A stretch of 63,617 nucleotides of DNA from Phycisphaerae bacterium (GTDB lineage: Bacteria > Planctomycetota > Phycisphaerae > UBA1845 > Fen-1342), in contig JASFQK010000040.1 in NCBI GenBank assembly GCA_050115495.1, positions 1-63,617 on the forward strand. The letters run 5' to 3'. Numbering within the stretch: the first letter of the stretch is position 1; each line of letters starts with the position of its first letter. Both the position numbers and the translations under genes were made by a program. The notes beneath the pieces are model-generated. The model saw only the letters and a list, made by a program, of their open reading frames with translations, did not search any database and was not told the DNA's origin. Positions 29,634-40,476 of the stretch are shown here, piece by piece.

Positions 29634-30653
29634 ATGACCGTCTGGATCTGGATCGCTTTCGTCGCCGCCGTGCTGGCCATGTTGGCCATCGACCTCGGCG
29701 TGTTCCACCGGCGCAGCCACGTGGTCTCCGTCCGCGAGGCCGCCATCTGGACCGGCGTCTGGGTCGTTACGGCCCTGATCTTCAACGTCGGCGTCTACTA
29801 CCTCTACCAGTACAACGTGCTGGGCATCGGCGTCGAGATCGGTCACGACCTGACCGGCAGCCAGGCGTCCCTCCAATTCTTCACCGGCTACGTCATCGAG
29901 AAGTCCCTCAGCCTCGACAACATCTTCGTCATCGCCCTGATCTTCACGTACTTCGGTGTCGCCGCCGAGCACCAGCACCGTGTCCTCTTCTGGGGTATCC
30001 TCGGCGCGCTGATCCTCCGCGGAGCGATGATCGCCGCCGGCGCCGCCCTCATTCACCGTTTCGCCTGGGTCACGTACGTCTTCGGGGCGCTGCTCATCCT
30101 CACCGCGGTGAAGATGCTGGTCACGCAGCACGACAACATCGAGCCCGACCGCAATCCCCTGGTGCGTCTGGCCCGCCGCCTCTATCCGGTCAGCCCCACG
30201 TTCGAGGGCCAGCGCTTCTTCACCCGCGTCGACGGTCGGCGGGCCATCACGCCGCTGCTGCTCGTCCTGCTCGTCGTCGAAAGCTCCGACGTGCTCTTCG
30301 CCGTCGACTCCATCCCGGCCATCTTCGCCGTCACCCACGACCCCTTCCTGGTCTTCACCTCGAACGTCTTCGCCATCCTCGGGCTGCGCTCGCTCTATTT
30401 CGTCCTCGCCGGCGTGATGCACAAGTTCCGCTATCTCAAGATGAGCCTGGTCTTCCTGCTGGCCTACGTCGGCGTGAAGATGCTGCTCACGCACCACCAC
30501 CCGATCCCCACCGCCGCCTCGCTGGCCATCATCGCCGGCATTCTCGCCGTGGGTATCATCGCGTCCATCGCGGCCCGGCGGAACGGTATGGACCCGCTCG
30601 CCACTCCGCCTGCCGCCGACCACGAGCGCCACCAGGAGCACGGCCAGACATGA
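29634..30653 (+). CDS. TerC/Alx family membrane protein
   Basis: GYVIEKSLSLDNIFV, QHRVLFWGILGALILRG, DVLFAVDSIPAIFAVT, FTSNVFAILGLRSLYF. Confidence 0.93.
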   Translation: MTVWIWIAFVAAVLAMLAIDLGVFHRRSHVVSVREAAIWTGVWVVTALIFNVGVYYLYQYNVLGIGVEIGHDLTGSQASLQFFTGYVIEKSLSLDNIFVIALIFTYFGVAAEHQHRVLFWGILGALILRGAMIAAGAALIHRFAWVTYVFGALLILTAVKMLVTQHDNIEPDRNPLVRLARRLYPVSPTFEGQRFFTRVDGRRAITPLLLVLLVVESSDVLFAVDSIPAIFAVTHDPFLVFTSNVFAILGLRSLYFVLAGVMHKFRYLKMSLVFLLAYVGVKMLLTHHHPIPTAASLAIIAGILAVGIIASIAARRNGMDPLATPPAADHERHQEHGQT

Positions 30654-30726
30654 GCGGATGGCTTCGGCCAAAGGAGCCCCCCTCGCTGCCCCTTTGCTCC
30701 TTCACCTCGTCACTCTCTCCCCGCGC

Positions 30727-30760
30727 AAGAAACAGGGGCCCGCGCAACCGCGAGCCCCTG
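30727..30760 (-). terminator. Intrinsic terminator after groEL
   Basis: Minus strand CAGGGGCTCGCG-GTTG-CGCGGGCCCCTG followed by TTTCTT. Confidence 0.75.
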
Positions 30761-30801
30761 CCTCAGAGATCATCGACAACAGCGCCATGCGCGCCGGCGG
30801 A

Positions 30802-32424
<1,623 letters not shown>

Positions 32425-32530
32425 CGACGTCTCCTAGTGCATCGCTCGTTGGGCAGGTTCAGGACCGCCCACAGACTCATGCTTCGCCCTGCCGGGGGAC
32501 AAACTCCCTGCGACCGCCCCGTGTGGGAAT

Positions 32531-32660
32531 ATCACGTCGCGTGCCATTCGCCGCGCCGGCAGGCATTGTGTCGTAACTAACTTGCTCGAAAGGACCTAGA
32601 CGCTTTGGGCCCCGTGGCAGGCGGCGCTGGCCGGTTAGCCGGCCGCTGTCAGTTTGGCAG
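32531..32660 (-). promoter_or_regulatory. Putative sigma54-type promoter region of groEL
   Basis: TGGCACGCGACGTGA (-24 box intact, -12 imperfect) at 32532-32546; GTAAC-N17-CCTAG at 32573-32599; CTGTCA-GTT-TGGCAG at 32646-32660. Confidence 0.5.
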
Positions 32661-32781
32661 GCACGCGACCCGCGCCATGCCTCACCGACCGCCGGTCACC
32701 ATCCTGAGTCGCCCCCCGGACCGCGCCGCGCCTGCACCGCTCCCGCCGCCCAGCACCCGCGCTGGCCACCCCGGCCGACCA

Positions 32782-33024
32782 TCAGTGCTGGATCACCTCC
32801 GCCCGCACTTCCGCCAGCTCGGCCACGCGCCCGGTGTACGTCTCGATGCCCGCGGTGAACTCGAACTGGTCTCCCTGCATCGCCGCTGAGTTGGCGATGA
32901 AGTCCAGCTCATCCGCCTCCCCGGACGCGAACCGCAGGCAGACTGCGGCCTGTCCGGAGTGGGCATTCACGAGGTGCACGGCGTTGGCCAGATCTGCGGC
33001 CAGATCGGGATTCGGCGTGCCCAA
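32782..33024 (-). CDS. Small acidic hypothetical protein between groES and groEL
   Basis: 80 aa ORF; TTG start with AGGAG overlapping the groES stop codon; host-like codon usage. Confidence 0.6.
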   Translation of the reverse strand: MGTPNPDLAADLANAVHLVNAHSGQAAVCLRFASGEADELDFIANSAAMQGDQFEFTAGIETYTGRVAELAEVRAEVIQH

Positions 33025-33035
33025 AGCACTCGCTC

Positions 33036-33332
33036 CTACTCGAGGACGGCGAGGATGTCCCCCTCATCCATGATCAGCATCTCTTCGCCATCCACCTTGA
33101 CCTCGGTTCCCGCGTAACTGGTAAACAGGACCTGGTTTCCCTGCTTCACCTGCAACGGCTGGCGCTCCCCGTTGTCGAGCAACTTGCCCTCGCCGACTTG
33201 GAGCACGGTCCCGCGCTTCGGCTTCTCCTTGGCCGAATCGGGCAGCACGATCCCGCCTGCCGTCTTCTCATCTGCCTCCAGACGCTTGATGAGAACCTTC
33301 TCGCCCAACGGGCGGATACCGACCTTACCCAT
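33036..33332 (-). CDS. groS: Co-chaperonin GroES
   Basis: [38 protein letters not shown]. Confidence 0.97.
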   Translation of the reverse strand: MGKVGIRPLGEKVLIKRLEADEKTAGGIVLPDSAKEKPKRGTVLQVGEGKLLDNGERQPLQVKQGNQVLFTSYAGTEVKVDGEEMLIMDEGDILAVLE

Positions 33333-33421
33333 GCAGCAACTCCTTGCTATTGTTAAGTTTGCCTGGTCGTGGCACCCCGGTCAAACAAAATCCGCGCGCC
33401 AAGACTCCGTTCGCCGCAAGG

Positions 33422-33555
33422 GCAAAGCTCGTGCCAACCCTAATCCCACCAGCCGGATCGTATCGCTAAGCGCATGAAGTGAATAGGCTTACTGTCGCGT
33501 TCTCCCCGCCACACGACACACCCCCTCCACTAACCCGCGCCTGTCAATCTGGCAG
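33422..33555 (-). promoter_or_regulatory. Sigma54 (-24/-12) promoter of groES with upstream sites
   Basis: Consensus TGGCAC-GAGCT-TTGC at 33422-33436; CTAAG-N17-CTTAC at 33466-33492; CTGTCA-ATC-TGGCAG at 33541-33555. Confidence 0.72.
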
Positions 33556-33579
33556 CACCCCGCCACGCCCCGTCACCGC

Positions 33580-33723
33580 GTAGCGGCGGCCCCCTGTGGC
33601 CGACGTCGACCACCGGCAACGCCCCGCCCGCGAACGTAGCGGCCAATCACCGCTCCGGGCGTTAACCGACGCCCGCTGCCGTGGCTGCGCTCCGGCAGAC
33701 ACTGCTCAAGAGCAGTGGCACAC
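33580..33723 (+). repeat. REP-like cluster
   Basis: GTAGCGGCGGCCCCCTGTGGCCGACG at 33580, degenerate GTAG unit at 33636, 27-bp hairpin at 33697 identical to 22371. Confidence 0.78.
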
Positions 33724-33760
33724 TCGTGGCTGGCCTCGACCGTGCCGGCGCTGCTCCGCC

Positions 33761-35176
<1,416 letters not shown>

Positions 35177-35285
35177 CCGGCGTTCCTCCAAAGGTGGTGT
35201 GCAGACCATTCGGCTCCGAGGGGCTCGTACCCTACCCACCGTCCGGCGGGCGAACAAGCCCGGCGTTGCCGGCCTTCGACAGGCC

Positions 35286-36026
35286 TCAGCGGCTGCTCTC
35301 GCCCGGTAGATCGCTTGCGGCGCACACGGGCTGATTCCCGGGAGCGTTCACGCCGAACCCCGGGGCGCTGCGGCCAAATACACGAGACCAAAGATCCTGA
35401 AATACCATGCTGGCTATGTAGATCGGTCCGAATCGCCGGCGGACTAAACGGGCCTGCCGCAAGGCGGCGAGGAAGCCCGCTGGCCCGTCGAACTCCGGCA
35501 TGATCTGGTACCCGCCCGCCAGCGTCCCCTTCAGGTGTGCGTCCGCCCCGACGAACATCGGCAATCCGTGCGCCCTGGCGAACTTCGCCGCCCGGCGATC
35601 CTGCCACGGAAGGAAGTTCTGCGAATTGTGCACCTCGACGGCATCCAGGTGCGGCGCCAGCGCGACGGTCGTCGACCCAAGGTTGTCTTCACAGAGCGTG
35701 CAGAACGGATGCGGCGCCAGTACCAGCCCGCCCTGTTCGTGAATCCGGCGGGCGGTCTCTTCCGCCGACAGTCCCGGCGGCACCGCCTCTTTCAGGAACA
35801 GTCCGAGCAGGTGCCCCTCCGCCGTCGAGACCTCTTCGCCGACGATCACCCGCACCTCGCCGCCGAGCTCCGCCCCCAGAATCGCGCCGCGGATATCGTC
35901 GTGGTCGGTGATCGCCACGCAATCCACGCCCTGCCGGCGCGCGGTCTCCACGACCTCCGCCGGCGAACGGTTGGCATCGTCGGAGTAGTCCGTATGGACG
36001 TGGATAACCGTCTTCCACTGCCGCAT
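35286..36026 (-). CDS. PHP-domain metal-dependent phosphoesterase
   Basis: IHVHTDYSDD, AITDHD, GEEVST, APHPF, VEVHN, GADAH. Confidence 0.88.
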   Translation of the reverse strand: MRQWKTVIHVHTDYSDDANRSPAEVVETARRQGVDCVAITDHDDIRGAILGAELGGEVRVIVGEEVSTAEGHLLGLFLKEAVPPGLSAEETARRIHEQGGLVLAPHPFCTLCEDNLGSTTVALAPHLDAVEVHNSQNFLPWQDRRAAKFARAHGLPMFVGADAHLKGTLAGGYQIMPEFDGPAGFLAALRQARLVRRRFGPIYIASMVFQDLWSRVFGRSAPGFGVNAPGNQPVCAASDLPGESSR

Positions 36027-36133
36027 CGCGACCCTCGGCCCGCGGATCACCCCCGTCCCCCTCACATCGGCTGTTGCGGTGACATGCTCCTGCCCTGCGG
36101 CCGTGCCGGTGCAGACACAGCCGATAACGCGTC

Positions 36134-36880
36134 TTACCCCAGCGCCCCCGCCGATGGGCAGTCCTTCGCCAGGCTGCAATCCGCGCACTTCGGCTTGCGC
36201 GCGATGCACACGCGGCGGCCGTGCTGGATCAGGGCGTGCGCGAGGTACGTCCACGACTCCTGGGGGAACAGAGCCATCAGCTCGCGCTCGATCTTCACCG
36301 CATCCTTGTCGTCGCGCGCCTCCGTCAGCAGACCCAGCCGCAGCGCCAGTCGCCCCACGTGCGTGTCCACCACGATCCCCTCGTTCTTCTCGTACCACGT
36401 GCCCAGCACACAGTTCGCCGTCTTCCGCGCCACGCCCGGCAGCTTCAGCAGCGCGTCCATCTCGTCCGGAATCTCGCCGCCGAACTCCCGGCAGACGACC
36501 TCGGCCATGCCGAGCAGGCTCTTTGTCTTGTTACGGAAGAACCCCGTCGAGCGAATCATCGCCTCCAGGTCGTCCGCTGTCGCCTTGGCCAGCGCCGTCG
36601 CATCCGGGTACCGACGAAACAGATCGGGCGTGACCATGTTTACCCGCTCGTCCGTGCACTGCGCCGACAGAATCGTCGCCACCAGCAGCTCGTACGCACT
36701 GCGGTGCCGCAACGCGCACTCGGCCTCCGGATAGGCCGCCCGCAGCCCGCGCAGAATCCGTTTGGCTCGCGCGGCGCGGTCGGCGGCCGACTCCTTCGTC
36801 TTCCCCGCTCGCGGTCGCGGCGCCGCCTTCTTCACACGCGTCGCCTTCTTCGCCACGGCCTTCTTCACGACCTTCGCCAT
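36134..36880 (-). CDS. nth: Endonuclease III
   Basis: LLVATILSAQCTDERVN, HhH LPGVARKTAN, VVDTHV, Fe-S motif CIARKPKCADCSLAKDC. Confidence 0.95.
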   Translation of the reverse strand: MAKVVKKAVAKKATRVKKAAPRPRAGKTKESAADRAARAKRILRGLRAAYPEAECALRHRSAYELLVATILSAQCTDERVNMVTPDLFRRYPDATALAKATADDLEAMIRSTGFFRNKTKSLLGMAEVVCREFGGEIPDEMDALLKLPGVARKTANCVLGTWYEKNEGIVVDTHVGRLALRLGLLTEARDDKDAVKIERELMALFPQESWTYLAHALIQHGRRVCIARKPKCADCSLAKDCPSAGALG

Positions 36881-36903
36881 GACTGCCTACCTCTTCCTTG
36901 TGC

Positions 36904-37749
36904 TCACGCGTCGATGCCCGGCCGGTACGCCGGCCCCGGCGGCGTGCGCTCCTTCGGCGGCGGAATCTCCCCGCCGCGCGGAATCAACAACGGGCTCTGT
37001 TCCATGTCCAGCACGAACTTCCCGCCCGGCGGATCGGGCAGCACGTCCGACGCCGGTCCCTGAAACGCCAGCTCGTACGGCTCCCAGTAGTACTGCGCCA
37101 CCTCTTCGTAGCCCGCGCCGGCGCCGATCATCAACGCCACGTAACCCCGGCCCTCCGCCACCCACCCGCGGAAACCCACTTCCTCCGGCGTGTCCAGCGT
37201 CAGCGCCAACTGCGGCGGCACAGTCGCCAGCCACACGCGCCGGGGCGCGACCAGCAGGTGCGGGTACACGTCCGCATCCGCCGACACGCGCAGCACGAGC
37301 AGCTCCTCCTCCGTGCCGTCCGCCAGGATATGCACCGCCCCGTCGGCGTCGATCAGCATCGGCGCGTGGAGCGCGGCCCCGTCCCGCTCATCGAACAGGC
37401 CCAGCGCCCACAGCCCATCCGCCAGCGGCACGACCTGGAGCCGCGACGCCGTGGCGTCCGTGAACTCCTCCGGCACGCACAGCGGCTCCGCCTCGTCCAG
37501 TCGCACGAGCCGCACCGCCGCACTGACCGCCAGTCTCCCGTCATCCAGGTGTGTGACCGCCTCGGCGGCCGTCCAGTCGGCTGATTCGGGGACCAGCAGC
37601 GTAAGCCGTGGGGGTGGCGGCGCAGGCGGGGTCTTCGGACGCGTGTTGCCCGAGCGATCACAACCGCACGGGGCTGCCAGGGCCAGGACCCACAACAGCG
37701 TGGCCCCGCCGATCGTCCTACACACATGGGCCCTCAGGCATCGAGACAT
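36904..37749 (-). CDS. Hypothetical lipoprotein
   Basis: Hydrophobic signal ending PCGC, Pro-rich linker; no family recognised. Confidence 0.55.
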   Translation of the reverse strand: MSRCLRAHVCRTIGGATLLWVLALAAPCGCDRSGNTRPKTPPAPPPPRLTLLVPESADWTAAEAVTHLDDGRLAVSAAVRLVRLDEAEPLCVPEEFTDATASRLQVVPLADGLWALGLFDERDGAALHAPMLIDADGAVHILADGTEEELLVLRVSADADVYPHLLVAPRRVWLATVPPQLALTLDTPEEVGFRGWVAEGRGYVALMIGAGAGYEEVAQYYWEPYELAFQGPASDVLPDPPGGKFVLDMEQSPLLIPRGGEIPPPKERTPPGPAYRPGIDA

Positions 37750-37812
37750 GCCAGCAGTGTAGGCAGACCCGCGTTTCAGCAAAAGCGGCATTCTCTTGCG
37801 AGATCCGGTTCA

Positions 37813-37844
37813 TTTCGGCGCGTCTCTGATTGAGCAAATCTCGG
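37813..37844 (+). promoter_or_regulatory. Conserved upstream motif of first dockerin-tailed gene
   Basis: TTTCGGCGCGTCTCTGATTGAGCAAATCTCGG, closely matching 40334-40365. Confidence 0.55.
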
Positions 37845-37978
37845 AAACTGCCCGGGAGCAGCCCCTCATCGTCCGAGGGGCGGTGGCCCAGGCACGCCCC
37901 CTCGGTTCTGGATGGTTGAGTAGGCATCGTCTTGCCGAGTCGGCACGGACGGACAGGCCCTGGCCCTGGAGGACAACC

Positions 37979-40207
37979 ATGTTCACAGCGCGACAGACAG
38001 CAGGCGCAACTTTGCTGGCCCTTGCCGTGGTCGGCCTGCTGCCGGTGGCGGCACCGGCGGACACCAAGCAGTGGGAACCCCCGGCCGGCTCCGGAGCGTG
38101 GGACTACGCCCCCAACTGGAACCCTATCGGTGTACCCGTCGTTGGCGATACTGCGCGGATCGAAGCCTCGGGCGACGGCTGGACGCTGTTCTGCGAATAC
38201 CAGAGCGGCATCAACCCGCTGCTCGACAGCGTCATGATCGGAGGCGACGGTACAGGCACTGCCGGCGCTCGGCTGGCCCAATCACGCGACGACCTGCATA
38301 CCTACGATGAATACGTCGGCTACATGGGCACCGGCCGGCACTACCAGAGCGCCGGCAGCGTCACCATCGACGAGGTTCTCTACCTCGGTCACTGCAACGC
38401 CAGCCACGGCTACTACGACCTGACCGGCGGCTCGCTCGACGCCCTCTGTACCCGCATCGGCTTCGGGGGCGACGGCGACTTCGTCCAGACCGGCGGCACG
38501 TTCGACTGCCCTTACGTCGAGATCTCCAGCTTCAGCTTCTCCGGCGCCGGCCACTACGACATGCAGGACGGAATCCTCAATGCCGGCTGGATCCTGCTGG
38601 GCGGTCTGACGAGGGGCACGCTCACCCAATCCGGCGGCACGATCGAGGCCTTGACCGAAGGGTTGTATCTCGGGTGGACCGACGGCGGCGGGGGCGACTA
38701 CACGCTCAGCGGCGGCAGTCTCACCACCGTGCGCACCAGACTCAACCGCGACTCCCCCACATTCGATCAGACGGGCGGCACGCACGAGACACTCGGCAAT
38801 CTCGAAGTCGGCTGGGACGGCTATGCGCCCGCCGAAGCGCTGTACACGTTGAGCGGCTCCGGCATCCTCAACGTCGGAGGCGACTTGTGCGTCAGCGGGA
38901 CATACGCCAGCTCCCCGGCCCGCTACGTGCAAACGGGGGGAACCGCCACCGTCGTCGGCGACGTCCTCGTGCACCGACCGACCGGCACGCTCCAGATGCA
39001 GGGCGGTTCCCTCTCCTGTCCCACCTTCGACAACAACGGCCACTACCGGCAATCGGCCGGCACGCTCACCGCCGGCGAAGCAACCAACACCTACGATCTC
39101 CAGCACACGGGCGGCGTTCTCAACGCCGAGCAGTTCGCCAACGACTCCACGATCGACCTGATCGTCGATGGCACCGCCGACTGCCGCATCAACACCCTCG
39201 ACGGCAACGCCGGCCGCATCTGGCTCAAGGGCGGCGTCCTCCGCGGCAAGCACGCCGGCGGCGGCCAGTACCACCCGTGCGTGTTCACCAACAACGCCCT
39301 CTTCCAGATGGACGGCGGCGAATTCGCCGGCCACCTGATTAACAACGGCACGTTCACTTACAACGGCGGCCCCTTCGCCGAGAGCACGCTAACCAACTAC
39401 AGCGACGCGACCTCGGTAAGCCTCGGGGCCAATCTCACCTGCCACCGCGTCGTCAACCACGGGGGCCTCGCCCTCGGCTGGAACCGCCGGATCATCGCCG
39501 ACGGCGTGGAGTGCCCCAACGCCGTCGAGAACAACGGCGAGCTGAGCGTGTCTTCTCGCAGCCACATCGAGGTCGGCAATAGCAAGCTGGTCAACAACGG
39601 CGACCTGTACGCCGGTGGCCTGGGCGCCGACTACGCCCAGATCCAGGGCGACGTCGAGAACCACGGTTACCTGCGTCCCGCCGCGACCGACGTGGCGGCC
39701 GGGCAACTCCGCATCGACGGCGACTTCACCGCCTTCCCCGAAGCCGAGCTGTCCATCCGCATCCGTGGGACTGGCCCGCAGGAGTGGGACTACATCGTCG
39801 TGCAGGGCATCGCCAACCTGGCCGGTAAGCTGAACGTCCGTCTCATGGACGGCTTCGTGCCTAGCGCCGGTGACGCCTTCCTCTTCATCAGCTACGCCGC
39901 CCGCAACGGGCAGTTCGACACCGTGCAACTGCCCGGCCTGCCCGAGGGTCTCGAGTGGGCGCTAGCCTACGGAACCGCGAGCGCCAGGCTCACCGTCATC
40001 GAACAGACTTACGACATCGGCGATCTGAACTGCGACGGCCTCGTCAACAACTTCGACATCAGCCCCTTCATCCTGGCTGTGACCAACCCTGACGGCTATG
40101 CCGAGCGCTACCCCGACTGCGATATCATGCTCGGCGACATCAATGACGACGGCCTCGTGAACAACTTCGACATCGCCCCCTTCATCGGCCTGCTGACCGG
40201 CAAGTAG
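37979..40207 (+). CDS. Secreted beta-helix (autotransporter passenger-like) protein with C-terminal dockerin-like domain, paralog 1
   Basis: SD GGAGG, signal peptide, WDYAPNWNP start, QTGGT repeats, junction-like domain, duplicated GDLNCDGLVNNFDI / GDINDDGLVNNFDI EF-hand pair; no beta-barrel. Confidence 0.78.
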   Translation: MFTARQTAGATLLALAVVGLLPVAAPADTKQWEPPAGSGAWDYAPNWNPIGVPVVGDTARIEASGDGWTLFCEYQSGINPLLDSVMIGGDGTGTAGARLAQSRDDLHTYDEYVGYMGTGRHYQSAGSVTIDEVLYLGHCNASHGYYDLTGGSLDALCTRIGFGGDGDFVQTGGTFDCPYVEISSFSFSGAGHYDMQDGILNAGWILLGGLTRGTLTQSGGTIEALTEGLYLGWTDGGGGDYTLSGGSLTTVRTRLNRDSPTFDQTGGTHETLGNLEVGWDGYAPAEALYTLSGSGILNVGGDLCVSGTYASSPARYVQTGGTATVVGDVLVHRPTGTLQMQGGSLSCPTFDNNGHYRQSAGTLTAGEATNTYDLQHTGGVLNAEQFANDSTIDLIVDGTADCRINTLDGNAGRIWLKGGVLRGKHAGGGQYHPCVFTNNALFQMDGGEFAGHLINNGTFTYNGGPFAESTLTNYSDATSVSLGANLTCHRVVNHGGLALGWNRRIIADGVECPNAVENNGELSVSSRSHIEVGNSKLVNNGDLYAGGLGADYAQIQGDVENHGYLRPAATDVAAGQLRIDGDFTAFPEAELSIRIRGTGPQEWDYIVVQGIANLAGKLNVRLMDGFVPSAGDAFLFISYAARNGQFDTVQLPGLPEGLEWALAYGTASARLTVIEQTYDIGDLNCDGLVNNFDISPFILAVTNPDGYAERYPDCDIMLGDINDDGLVNNFDIAPFIGLLTGK

Positions 40208-40243
40208 ACCTCGGCCAGTGACCGCCGCAGACCCGACCAGAAC

Positions 40244-40283
40244 CGCCCCCGCCGCCGATCGCCACGGCGGGGGCGTTTGTTTG
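40244..40283 (+). terminator. Intrinsic terminator
   Basis: CGCCCCCGCCG-N10-CGGCGGGGGCG then TTTGTTTG. Confidence 0.75.
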
Positions 40284-40333
40284 TCCGGTGCACGGCAAAA
40301 AAACAGACCGTTGCGTTTGCGGACTGTGCCTCG

Positions 40334-40365
40334 TTTCGTCGCGTTTCTGATTGAGATGATCTCGG
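40334..40365 (+). promoter_or_regulatory. Conserved upstream motif of second dockerin-tailed gene
   Basis: TTTCGTCGCGTTTCTGATTGAGATGATCTCGG, closely matching 37813-37844. Confidence 0.55.
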
Positions 40366-40476
40366 GCCGGCCGCCGGGTCTGCCCCGGCCTCGAAGGTCA
40401 ACCGGGGCGTGGGCTCCGGGTCTGCGCGGTGGACCCCGGCGGCGCTAGGAGGCACGAACAGGTAAGGAGAAACGTC

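Noticed and set aside
33025..33050. Possible CIRCE element near groES (AGCACTC...)
   Set aside because: Right arm does not match GAGTGCTAA at 9-bp spacing, and the site lies at the groES 3' end.
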